Source: Klebsiella phage SopranoGao. Taken from it: 61,644 nt of DNA. This document shows, one piece after another, positions 44,971 to 52,955 of this stretch. Position numbers and translations under genes: made by a program. Under the pieces are notes generated by a model, which was not told the DNA's origin, did not search any database, and saw nothing but the letters and a program-made list of their open reading frames with translations. Where the stretch lies: sequence record NC_054966.1. One strand, 5' to 3'. The first letter of the stretch is position 1; the number at the start of each line of letters is the position of its first letter.

Positions 44971-45186
44971 TCATGCGGCACCGCCTTCTTTCGTCAAAGG
45001 CTCGCCGCACTCCCGGCAGAATTTATCCCACGCATCCGCCTTGCGGTGCTGGCATTTGGCCGTGTCCCAGCCGCAGATACTGCAAATCCCGTTGCTCTTT
45101 CCGTCATAGACGCGCCCGCCATCGTGCTTGCAGTAGCGCTGAAAGCGGCGCTCCAGCTCCTCGTAACTCGGTTTTTCAATCGTCAT
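44971..45186 (-). CDS. 71-aa Zn-ribbon protein (CxxC...CxxC)
   Basis: Cys pairs ICSICGW and FCRECGE. Confidence 0.45.
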   Translation of the reverse strand: MTIEKPSYEELERRFQRYCKHDGGRVYDGKSNGICSICGWDTAKCQHRKADAWDKFCRECGEPLTKEGGAA

Positions 45187-45232
45187 GCTTTTGCCTTAGC
45201 CGCTCTACGGCGGCGATCCATTGCTGTTTTGA

Positions 45233-46222
45233 TTATTCAGTTGCTGAAATGGCAACACTCTTCCCGCACTTAGGGCAGAACTTCACGCCGTTCTCTTCCG
45301 GGCCGCCGTCAGGGAAAATCCATTCAACGCCGCATGTGCCAGACCAGTGGTCATCGTAATTGCTGAATGTCCAGGTGCAGCTTTCAGGAATAATTTCAGG
45401 AATATTTTGTGGTGCGTTTTGTTGTCCGCCAGCCTTAACAGCAGGGGCGTATACCGGCCCCGCGAGCGTCATGCCAGGTACGGGCACGTCGCTAATGGAA
45501 AATGCAGTGCCACCTTCGGCTGTGATAAACATGTAACCGATTTTCAGCATACCATCCGGAATTACCGGAGAGTTGCCAGGATGCACCGGACACGGCCAGC
45601 GAAGCGAGCCATCACCGCTGGGGCAGGTGCAAACAGGAGATACCGGCGCTGGCTGCGCGTTAGCCGCCGAGCGAAGCCGGAATGGCAAGTCGAACCACAC
45701 ACCTGCACCTGTCCTGTCTTTAGTGGTAAGCAGGTCTTCAATTGCTGATGCCGCCGTATGAAGCAGGTCTGCGCTGACTACCGGCGCTGGCGGCGCTGGC
45801 GGATAATTTGCCAGCATCCAACTAATGACGTAGTCGGCCTTGAACCGCTCAACCGGAAATCCTTCATTCCAGTCACGGAAGTGATAGATAACTTTTGCCA
45901 GCTCGGGCTGAAGCGCCACCGGCTCGCTGTCCATTGCGGCCAGGCGCTCTCGCATGTTGTCGATGCACTGAACCAGCGAGCCGCCTGGAGGAACGTCGAG
46001 TTCTTCCACCAGCTGGAAATAAATATCAGCGGCGGCTTTCGTGTTGGTGCCGATCCCTTCTTCACGCAGGGCGTCACGCTCTGCTGTCAGCTGCTCAATA
46101 CGGCGGTCTTTATCCAAAGACTCGCGCATATACTCCAGATAAAACTGCTCTTTAAGCGATATCTCGCCAGCCGATTCCAGGGCCGCGATACGCTCTTTCA
46201 CTGCTTCTGGTGTGATTTTCAT
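45233..46222 (-). CDS. 329-aa protein with N-terminal coiled coil and C-terminal Zn ribbon (unknown)
   Basis: FCPKCGKS C-terminus. Confidence 0.4.
   Translation of the reverse strand: MKITPEAVKERIAALESAGEISLKEQFYLEYMRESLDKDRRIEQLTAERDALREEGIGTNTKAAADIYFQLVEELDVPPGGSLVQCIDNMRERLAAMDSEPVALQPELAKVIYHFRDWNEGFPVERFKADYVISWMLANYPPAPPAPVVSADLLHTAASAIEDLLTTKDRTGAGVWFDLPFRLRSAANAQPAPVSPVCTCPSGDGSLRWPCPVHPGNSPVIPDGMLKIGYMFITAEGGTAFSISDVPVPGMTLAGPVYAPAVKAGGQQNAPQNIPEIIPESCTWTFSNYDDHWSGTCGVEWIFPDGGPEENGVKFCPKCGKSVAISATE
45240..45256. promoter_or_regulatory. palindrome GTTGC-TGAAATG-GCAAC
   Basis: perfect arms N7. Confidence 0.5.
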
Positions 46223-46539
46223 TGGTTCTCTCCCGCAGCCTGCTGAAGCCTAAAAATCTCGTTAGATATCTCAATCTGCCCGGCGGTTTCCGGCAGTCCA
46301 AGGTCAGCCTTCACGCTTTGCCACAACGCTTCCAGGCAGCGTTCACGCACGTTGTCGGCCTTCATTCCAGCCATAAACATGCGGCGGCACAGCTCGAAAT
46401 TGTCGTTCGTGTGCTGGTATTTATAAGGGCGCTCCAGCGTGCCGTGCTTCGCCAGCTCACACGGTGCAACAATCGACGGATTCAGGGCCGGATATTCGCG
46501 CTCAAACGTCTCGCGAGCCTGCTCGTAAGATGTTTTCAT
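46219..46539 (-). CDS. 106-aa protein (unknown)
   Basis: ATGA overlaps. Confidence 0.4.
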   Translation of the reverse strand: MKTSYEQARETFEREYPALNPSIVAPCELAKHGTLERPYKYQHTNDNFELCRRMFMAGMKADNVRERCLEALWQSVKADLGLPETAGQIEISNEIFRLQQAAGENQ

Positions 46540-46688
46540 GGCTTCACCTGATTAATAAGCTCGATAACCTTCATGGTCAGGATGGCGCCAGGGATCCAGG
46601 CACCCAGCACGCAGACCACAATCGCGATAACCAGAGAGCGCCACATACGTGCGTTTTCTGCTTTAAATTGCTCGATTTCGTTGTTCAT
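46536..46688 (-). CDS. 50-aa small membrane protein (below track cutoff), ATGA-coupled to Dam stop
   Basis: manual translation MNNEIEQFKAENARMWRSLVIAIVVCVLGAWIPGAIL... Confidence 0.35.
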   Translation of the reverse strand: MNNEIEQFKAENARMWRSLVIAIVVCVLGAWIPGAILTMKVIELINQVKP

Positions 46689-47389
46689 CATGCCTCCCGT
46701 TTGAGGGGGTTGTTGTCGTTGGCCCAGTCAATGCCCAGGTCGATTTCCTGCCGGTGCTTCTGTGCATAGCCAGGGATAAGATCGATATCGTTGCGGGGGT
46801 TCTCATTGCCCCAGTGATGCCAGCCTGGCGCGTCGCCGCGACTGAACAGCTCGATGCGCGGCACGTCGCCGTAAAGCAGCTCCAGCCGGTGGCGAACCTC
46901 CCAGGGTTTTTCGCTGTGCTCGCCCAGGCAGCTGTAGACCACCTGTTTGATGTTCCGCGCCTGGCGCTCCAGACCGGCACCGCGAACCGCGAAAAGCACA
47001 TCCTCAGTGTTGGCGCGCGTGTAATTGCCGCCGTTCATGCGAGATTGCTTATTCAGCATGTCCAGCAGGTCGTAGAAGTCCTGGATCTGGCCTTCGCGCA
47101 GCGCCTTATTGAAATGCTCGTCGGCCAGCTCGTTGAACTTCACCCAGGTAAAGCCCTTGATGGTGCGCACGTCGAAGCCCCAGGCCTTCGCCAGCTGGTG
47201 GGCCTCCTCGATGTGCGTGCTGGTGTACCACATAGCCAGTACGGCATCGTCGGCGGCCAGCTCCCACACCGGCAGGCGCTTGATGTCCTCGATCTTCATG
47301 GTGTCGTAGTGGTCGCTGGCTGCGCCGTTGCTGGTCTTGTTCTGGTAGTTCCACGGCGGATCGGCATAAATCAGGGAGTAGCGCTTCAT
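46688..47389 (-). CDS. MT-A70-family (Dam-like) DNA N6-adenine methyltransferase
   Basis: N-terminal DPPW motif (LIYADPPWNY). Confidence 0.7.
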   Translation of the reverse strand: MKRYSLIYADPPWNYQNKTSNGAASDHYDTMKIEDIKRLPVWELAADDAVLAMWYTSTHIEEAHQLAKAWGFDVRTIKGFTWVKFNELADEHFNKALREGQIQDFYDLLDMLNKQSRMNGGNYTRANTEDVLFAVRGAGLERQARNIKQVVYSCLGEHSEKPWEVRHRLELLYGDVPRIELFSRGDAPGWHHWGNENPRNDIDLIPGYAQKHRQEIDLGIDWANDNNPLKREA

Positions 47390-47730
47390 TCAGCCTCCCC
47401 CTCTTCCGGGCGGCGCTCTTCCTCGATGTACACCAGCGAGTGGTCGTAAAGCTCTTCCAGGGGGAAGCCGCGCAGGGTCTTTGTGTCCGGCATGCCATAC
47501 GGGCGCTTCAGCTTGTAGCCGTGTTTCTTGATGACGTCGCCCACCAGCACCGGGCCGCCCTGCTCCACCAGCCACTGGTGAATGTCGCGGGCCTGCTGGC
47601 TCAGATCCAGCGGGTAGGTACCCACGGCAACGGCCACGACGTGTTTGCCGACCTGAATGACCTTCACACCGCCAGGCTCATGATTCAGGGCTGGCTTGAA
47701 CGTCGAAAGGTAGTTTGGTTGCATGAACAT
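47386..47730 (-). CDS. 114-aa protein (unknown)
   Basis: upstream palindrome 47777-47793. Confidence 0.4.
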   Translation of the reverse strand: MFMQPNYLSTFKPALNHEPGGVKVIQVGKHVVAVAVGTYPLDLSQQARDIHQWLVEQGGPVLVGDVIKKHGYKLKRPYGMPDTKTLRGFPLEELYDHSLVYIEEERRPEEGEAE

Positions 47731-47776
47731 TCCCTATCGCCATATGGCGAATCGTAATTGCTAATCTGCACTGTGC

Positions 47777-47793
47777 GTTGCCAAAACAGCAAC
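47777..47793. promoter_or_regulatory. palindrome GTTGC-CAAAACA-GCAAC
   Basis: perfect arms N7. Confidence 0.5.
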
Positions 47794-47809
47794 ACCCGGC
47801 GCGTGGAAA

Positions 47810-48574
47810 TTATCGTTTTTCAGCCAGAATCATCGCCAGCAGCTCATCGGCGCGCGAGTCAAAGAAATGCGGCTGTGTCTCACGTGGGTTGCCGGGTGAT
47901 GTCATATTTTTGCCGAACAGCAGGCCGCTGGCGGTGATCGACCAGAACTGCTTTTCAGTGCCGCGAGACGACGGGCGGCTCATCCGCTTGACGATGCCAA
48001 GCTCCTGCAGGCGCTGATAGGCATACTGGACCTTCACCGGGAAATCGCGCTGCTGCAGGATAGTGCGCAGAGCGGAAGTGGTGCGACTGGATCCGTCGGC
48101 AGCATCGGACGGCGCGTCGATGGCGTAGGCCGGGGTAAGGCTAGGAAGAGCGAAATGGCTTTCGATTTTGCGATATGCGCCCAGGGTGGAGCTGTTGGAC
48201 AGGTTCAATGTCCGCTTCATTGACTCCACCAGCATAAGGCTGGCCTGAACACCATCACTCAGGTTTGCGGGAGGGGTTGCGGCAATCTTGCTCTCCAGCT
48301 CCTGCCAGCGATCCACCAGCCTGGCAGTAAATTGCGGAGACAGCTGTGCAACAACGATAATGCTGTCGCGCTTTCCTCTCTCACCTGAAAAAACGAAATA
48401 AGTGACGGGACGCCCGGCGGTGGGCTTTTCCTCAGTCTGAGGAAAAGTAATTACGCCGCTCTCTGCCAGTGTTTCAATTGTTCGCTTAACGTTGTCGTGA
48501 CGCGACCCCACCAGCTCGGAAATTTCCATGCTGGTCATCGTCGGGTTGTTTACTGCAATGTCTTGTCCTTTCAT
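47810..48574 (-). CDS. Rha-family phage regulatory protein (antirepressor-like)
   Basis: N-term MTSMEISELVGSRHDNVKRTIETL Rha pattern. Confidence 0.55.
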   Translation of the reverse strand: MKGQDIAVNNPTMTSMEISELVGSRHDNVKRTIETLAESGVITFPQTEEKPTAGRPVTYFVFSGERGKRDSIIVVAQLSPQFTARLVDRWQELESKIAATPPANLSDGVQASLMLVESMKRTLNLSNSSTLGAYRKIESHFALPSLTPAYAIDAPSDAADGSSRTTSALRTILQQRDFPVKVQYAYQRLQELGIVKRMSRPSSRGTEKQFWSITASGLLFGKNMTSPGNPRETQPHFFDSRADELLAMILAEKR

Positions 48575-48588
48575 AAATCCGCCTGATA

Positions 48589-48783
48589 TCAGTCATTCGT
48601 AGTTTTTGCTCGACCCTTCAGAGAACTCCAGAGCTTGCCCTGAAATACAATCCACTCGCCGTTAAGCATCTTGTTGACGTGCTGGCGGGTGGTGCCAATG
48701 CTTCTGGCAAACGCCGCGCGATTACCGGCGAAATTCAGGTCAATGTATTCTTTCAGGGGGAGAGCTTTATCGCACGGTGTCAT
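48589..48783 (-). CDS. YdaS/Cro-like small HTH protein (64 aa)
   Basis: FAGNRAAFARSIGTTRQHVNKML. Confidence 0.5.
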   Translation of the reverse strand: MTPCDKALPLKEYIDLNFAGNRAAFARSIGTTRQHVNKMLNGEWIVFQGKLWSSLKGRAKTTND

Positions 48784-48794
48784 GCTTACCTCTG

Positions 48795-48823
48795 ATTGTA
48801 GTTATCGGTGTATTACATTACAA
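48795..48823 (-). promoter_or_regulatory. strong sigma70-type promoter TTGTAA-N17-TACAAT for YdaS-like/Rha module
   Basis: consensus-like hexamers with 17-nt spacer; RBS GAGGT follows. Confidence 0.5.
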
Positions 48824-49258
48824 CTAAATTTCTTCGATTATCCAGCCGCCGCCATCTTTCTTCTGGCGCGGGAAGGCGTACCGAAACACAAAGGGGAACT
48901 GCTCGGCCGCCACCTTCATCTTAACCTTCGCGTCTTCCTCGATGATGGCCTTCGCCCCCTTCACGTCGATCATCACCAGCAGGCCATCGGCGTACATGAC
49001 GTTGAAATCGACGTTCAGCGTCGTGTTGTCGGCCAGCTGCAGCTTAATGCCCTCATGCCTCCACCAGAGAATTTCACCGGTGATCTCCAGCCCGCGCAGG
49101 TAGTTCGCGAACTTCGCTTCGGTGGCATTCATTTCGCCTTTCTTTTTGCGGCCCAGCGCGTGCAGCTTCGCCTTGCTGGTGGACTGCTTCGGTGCCGGGC
49201 TTTTGCTCTTCGCCTGGCGGGCCTGCAGCTGGTTGAATTCCTCTTCGGTAAATCTCAT
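48824..49258 (-). CDS. DUF1064-like protein (PD-(D/E)xK nuclease-like candidate)
   Basis: MIDVKGAKAIIEEDAKVKMK D..E.K arrangement. Confidence 0.4.
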   Translation of the reverse strand: MRFTEEEFNQLQARQAKSKSPAPKQSTSKAKLHALGRKKKGEMNATEAKFANYLRGLEITGEILWWRHEGIKLQLADNTTLNVDFNVMYADGLLVMIDVKGAKAIIEEDAKVKMKVAAEQFPFVFRYAFPRQKKDGGGWIIEEI

Positions 49259-49260
49259 CG

Positions 49261-49992
49261 TTAAATGCCTTCAGGGCGTGATTCCACCACGGCAAAGCAC
49301 TTCGCAGAGTGATACTTCGCCAGCACAATGCCGCCCGGCTTGCCGTCGAAATAAACATAGTTCTCACGGCCAATGCGCTGATCGTGGAACCTGATGCGGT
49401 ACTTCTTCCCTTCCGGCCATTCGTCGGTAGCGGTGAAGGTTTCTTCCGGTTTCTCTTTGTTCCAGCCCGGCACGTAGTCGGCGGTGATCGTCGTCCAGTT
49501 ACCGTTCACCCACTGGTTTACGTGGACGTAGTGAGTGCGGGCCTGGAAGTGGCGGAACTGGTGATCAAACTCTTCCTGTGTCGGCGGGCGGCTGAAGTTT
49601 TCCACCCAGCTGTTGCGATGGTTTTTATTGCGGTCGGAAACCATTATGCGCCAGTCATAACCGTCTTCATGGGCGAAGCTATCGGACTCGAAGGAGTCGG
49701 GAACCTCGACCACACCGCCGATGGGGCGGTTGTTTTTAGCGGCTTCCTTCTCTCTGAGCACTCTGTTGAGGTCCAGGGGCGTACCGTCAGCATGGAAAAG
49801 ACCGTCAATCCCCTTGCATTCTGGAATAAACGGCATGCGGTCTACGCTGATTGCTGCCTCAGTGGTTAGCATCGTGCGTACTGACCGCTTAACCAGCGCC
49901 TCCATCCAGGGGAAGTTAACCCACTCGCCGCTTTCGATCTTGGTCAGTACCGCTTTCTGTGCCGCTTCGTTAAATTGCTTCGCAAATTCCAT
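49261..49992 (-). CDS. 243-aa protein (unknown)
   Basis: track ORF in early operon. Confidence 0.4.
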   Translation of the reverse strand: MEFAKQFNEAAQKAVLTKIESGEWVNFPWMEALVKRSVRTMLTTEAAISVDRMPFIPECKGIDGLFHADGTPLDLNRVLREKEAAKNNRPIGGVVEVPDSFESDSFAHEDGYDWRIMVSDRNKNHRNSWVENFSRPPTQEEFDHQFRHFQARTHYVHVNQWVNGNWTTITADYVPGWNKEKPEETFTATDEWPEGKKYRIRFHDQRIGRENYVYFDGKPGGIVLAKYHSAKCFAVVESRPEGI

Positions 49993-50005
49993 AACCTTTC
50001 CTCGG

Positions 50006-50317
50006 TTAGTCAGTTAATCCCAGCTCTTGCCGGGTACGTTCATACAGCTCTTCTTCGGTGCCGAACTGCTCGATGAAGGCGCGTTTCGCCATGTGGATGC
50101 TGGCAATGTCCGGGTGATGCGTGCCGCGATGGTGCGCCGGGCAAAGCGCCAGACTTTTCTGGTGATCACTCCGCTGCCCGCGCCCCTGGCCCGCGCGAAT
50201 ATGATGGATCTCGGCTGGCGTTCCCGGCGTCCCTTGCACCAGGCAGGCGATACAGCCCAGCTCGGTGATAGCCGCCATCCACTCGTTATCTGATTTGGTA
50301 CGGTGTTTCGTTGCCAC
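50006..50317 (-). CDS. HNH/Zn-binding small nuclease-like protein (Ref-like candidate)
   Basis: CIAC...LCPAHHRGTHH. Confidence 0.4.
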   Translation of the reverse strand: MATKHRTKSDNEWMAAITELGCIACLVQGTPGTPAEIHHIRAGQGRGQRSDHQKSLALCPAHHRGTHHPDIASIHMAKRAFIEQFGTEEELYERTRQELGLTD

Positions 50318-50326
50318 GGTTCCGCC

Positions 50327-50467
50327 TTAGCCTTTACGGCTGCAGTTTTTCACGATAGCGCGCCGAATTTCAGCATCGCGCTCGTCAGAACGCCCACTGC
50401 AGTAGCCGATAAAGAAAAATACGGCCGCCACAGTCATGCACAGGGCAAATATGCTATCTCCGCTCAT
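50327..50467 (-). CDS. 46-aa small membrane protein, ATGA-coupled to Cro-like stop
   Basis: manual translation MSGDSIFALCMTVAAVFFFIGYCSGR... Confidence 0.35.
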   Translation of the reverse strand: MSGDSIFALCMTVAAVFFFIGYCSGRSDERDAEIRRAIVKNCSRKG

Positions 50468-50745
50468 TTCTTCACCTCATTAACTTCTGGTGTGCCAGGA
50501 GAAAGAAGCGCTACAGCCTCAGCAAGTAATTTCCTTGCCTTAGTCACGGCATCATCTTTCTCCCCGTAAGTTTCAAGAACCAGAAGACGCAGCGAATCCG
50601 TCAGTATCTTCTGCCCGCTTTCAATCCGGCATCCCGTACCTTTCGATACGTGGATGGCCTCCCAAAAATCACGCTGAGAAATCCCCTTCTCTTTGCGGTA
50701 CTGCCGCAGCGTGATCGGGGTGATGTCGTTAATCGATTTAAAAGT
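50464..50745 (-). CDS. Cro/CII-like XRE HTH protein (93 aa), first gene of leftward early operon
   Basis: ITLRQYRKEKGISQRDFWEAIHVSKGTGCRIESGQK; divergent from CI-like gene. Confidence 0.55.
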   Translation of the reverse strand, partial: TFKSINDITPITLRQYRKEKGISQRDFWEAIHVSKGTGCRIESGQKILTDSLRLLVLETYGEKDDAVTKARKLLAEAVALLSPGTPEVNEVKK

Positions 50746-50761
50746 CATGTTGCCTCGCCGT

Positions 50762-50836
50762 GTTGTCCTCATAGCAACTATGTTGGCAAAAAATAATGCT
50801 AAAAGCAAACGCATGATTGCAATTTAGCAACGCAAC
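50762..50836. promoter_or_regulatory. operator region between divergent Cro-like and CI-like genes: GTTGT-N7-GCAAC (50762-50778), ATTGC-N6-GCAACGCAAC (50816-50836)
   Basis: half-sites read directly. Confidence 0.5.
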
Positions 50837-50877
50837 GGGTAGGAACGTGATCCATAGTGAAGTACCGGGAGGCGCGT

Positions 50878-51474
50878 ATGCCTGTGAACAAAAAATATTT
50901 TGACGACCTGATGAAAGACCGCCGGATCTCCCTTCGGGCTATCGCCAGGGAAATGAACTGCTCACCTTCCCAGCTCTCCAGAACGTTCGGCGGGTACCGG
51001 CGCATGCAGCTGGCAGAAGCCGCAACCATCGCCAGAATGCTCGGCGTACCGGTGGTTGAGGTCATGGTGAATGCCGGTATCGAGGAAGTGCGGGATGAGC
51101 GGAAGTACGCCAAAGTGATCGGCTTCCTGAAAGGGGATTTGACCGTCTCCCCTGTCCCCGATGACGTCCGGGAACGGGTGCCACTTCCGATAGCAGACCT
51201 GCCGCCGGATACCGTCGCCATCCAGGCCCGCACTGCGAATACGCCGTTCTCCTTCCTGGATGGATGGGTTTTTTTTGCTGGCCCCAGGGTGGACGCCAGC
51301 GACGAGATCGGCAGCTACTGCGTGGCGCACATCGAGGGCGGCGACAAGATAATCGGCACGCTTTCGAAGGGCTATCAGCGCGGGACTTACAACGTCACCG
51401 GCGCGGCGGGCATCGCCAGGCAGAGCATGAAAGTCGATTGGGTTCGTAGGATTTATTTCACGCAACACGCCTAA
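50878..51474 (+). CDS. CI-like repressor candidate (N-terminal HTH, unassigned C-terminal domain)
   Basis: ISLRAIAREMNCSPSQLSRTF HTH; RBS GGGAGG; divergent arrangement with cro-like gene. Confidence 0.5.
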   Translation: MPVNKKYFDDLMKDRRISLRAIAREMNCSPSQLSRTFGGYRRMQLAEAATIARMLGVPVVEVMVNAGIEEVRDERKYAKVIGFLKGDLTVSPVPDDVRERVPLPIADLPPDTVAIQARTANTPFSFLDGWVFFAGPRVDASDEIGSYCVAHIEGGDKIIGTLSKGYQRGTYNVTGAAGIARQSMKVDWVRRIYFTQHA

Positions 51475-51476
51475 AA

Positions 51477-51517
51477 GTGTTGCTGTTCTCAAATATATTG
51501 TTCTAATATAGCAACAC
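51477..51517. promoter_or_regulatory. OL-like palindrome GTGTTGC-N27-GCAACAC with internal TGTTCT direct repeats, between cI-like gene and first gene of rightward operon
   Basis: read directly; same N27 spacing as 19408-19444. Confidence 0.5.
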
Positions 51518-51574
51518 AGGATTGCAGCGGTTAAATGATGACCGCTCACATAATCACCGTCAAAAGGGGGATTT

Positions 51575-51922
51575 ATGCCGCAAGGTGCGCGGCGCTGGAC
51601 CGATGAGGAGAAGGCGTACCTGTCCTTGAATGCGAAGCGGTTCTCTGCCGAATACATTGGGTTGCGCCTAAAGCGCAGCGAAAGCTCGGTTCGTACAATG
51701 GCCTATCTAATGGGCGTAAGCCTTGGCGGATGGACCGATGAAGAGAAGCAGTTTTTGCGCGATAACGCCTGGTGCATGACTGCAAAGCAGATTGGCGTCG
51801 CTCTCGATAGAGAAGAAGAGCAGGTTAAAAAGAAAGCACAAACACTGGGGGTCAGGTTCGGCCCCAAACGTAATAATTTCACCGCCCGGCAAGGCAGGGC
51901 TAAGGAAAGGTATGAACGTTAA
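51575..51922 (+). CDS. 115-aa protein with two ~45-aa repeats each containing WTDEEK..L (Myb/SANT-like HTH repeats)
   Basis: RRWTDEEKAYL and GGWTDEEKQFL. Confidence 0.45.
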   Translation: MPQGARRWTDEEKAYLSLNAKRFSAEYIGLRLKRSESSVRTMAYLMGVSLGGWTDEEKQFLRDNAWCMTAKQIGVALDREEEQVKKKAQTLGVRFGPKRNNFTARQGRAKERYER

Positions 51923-52508
51923 TGAACTTCCGCAGTACAAATGCCATAAGGTAGTTCGCGCTGGCAAGATTCTTGCGACCGCCCGCAACCCCAATGAAGA
52001 TGCCGTTTTTCTTGATGTTGATGGGGTGGTTAATAAATGGCTTTTTGCGCCAACTGGGTGGCTTAACAAACATAACCCGGATATTGGCGGCTATCTCGTC
52101 GCCTATGAGGACGGATATCTGTCCTACTCACCGGCGGCGGCCTTTGAGGCTGGCTATTCGATCATCATTGACAAAGATAGCAATGGAACCGTGCTCGCGC
52201 AGAAAGCGGACGGAACGGAAACTCTCCACTTCCAGGGCAGCACCCCGGCATCGACTGAGATCGACCTGGATGCCGCCGACTTCTCCGACGCCCTGATGTG
52301 GCTGAAAGAGGGTAAGCGCGTGCAGCGCGCCGGGTGGAACGGCAAAGGGCAGTACGTCCAGCTCTGGCAGCTTCCACCAGACATCACATTCGACGGCGCG
52401 GAGCTTCGTCCCTGTTTCATCCTGAAAAACGCGCAGGGTGTCGCCCAGGCCGGTTGGGTTCCGTCTATGGGCGACCTCCTGGCCACCGACTGGCAGGTTG
52501 TTGCCTGA
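51912..52508 (+). CDS. 199-aa protein with C-terminal DUF2829-like domain
   Basis: DALMWLKEGKRVQRAGWNGKGQYVQL ... DLLATDWQVV. Confidence 0.45.
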   Translation: MNVNELPQYKCHKVVRAGKILATARNPNEDAVFLDVDGVVNKWLFAPTGWLNKHNPDIGGYLVAYEDGYLSYSPAAAFEAGYSIIIDKDSNGTVLAQKADGTETLHFQGSTPASTEIDLDAADFSDALMWLKEGKRVQRAGWNGKGQYVQLWQLPPDITFDGAELRPCFILKNAQGVAQAGWVPSMGDLLATDWQVVA

Positions 52509-52747
52509 TGAAAATTGAAGTGGGCAGAGCCGCTGTATGGCAGCACGCAGAAGAAGCCGACCTGCAGGACATGATCCGCAAGGTGGCCGCCCACTTCGAA
52601 ATAGCTGACATAGCGATTTTTACGCCGGGCAAGCTCACCTATGTGAACGAGCCTCCCCGTAAATATAACCGTATCCGGCCATTCGAGAGCGATCACCGCT
52701 TCGATACCGCAACCGGAAAATTAGTAAGGAAAGGCAATGGGAAATGA
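52508..52747 (+). CDS. 79-aa protein (unknown)
   Basis: ATGA overlap with upstream stop. Confidence 0.4.
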   Translation: MKIEVGRAAVWQHAEEADLQDMIRKVAAHFEIADIAIFTPGKLTYVNEPPRKYNRIRPFESDHRFDTATGKLVRKGNGK

Positions 52748-52946
52748 AATAGCGGTCTATCACTACTCCGCATGGTTCAACAACGCACGCGGCCCCGTCC
52801 ATCATGACGGCGTTCTGCTGCTGCCGGTTATCAGCAATACCGAAAGCTATTTCGCGGCCCGCCAGGCTATCGCGAACGACCTGGGGATCCGCGTCGAAGT
52901 GCTCAACGTGAATTCTTTCGCCTACATCGGCCCGGCTTCTGTCTGA
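52737..52946 (+). CDS. 69-aa protein (unknown), overlaps previous gene by 11 nt
   Basis: track ORF. Confidence 0.35.
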   Translation: MGNEIAVYHYSAWFNNARGPVHHDGVLLLPVISNTESYFAARQAIANDLGIRVEVLNVNSFAYIGPASV

Positions 52947-52955
52947 GGAAAGGAT

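Noticed and set aside
44762-45010. 82-aa minus-strand ORF between the Zn-ribbon gene and the O-like gene
   Set aside because: Its Arg/Pro-rich composition is odd and it overlaps the Zn-ribbon gene. A shorter 70-aa version (start at 44974) is possible but unsupported. It is not listed as a feature.
50878-51474. Calling the CI-like C-terminal half an S24/LexA-type autopeptidase domain
   Set aside because: I could not locate the Ala-Gly cleavage site with downstream Ser and Lys catalytic dyad in the sequence, so only the N-terminal HTH is claimed.
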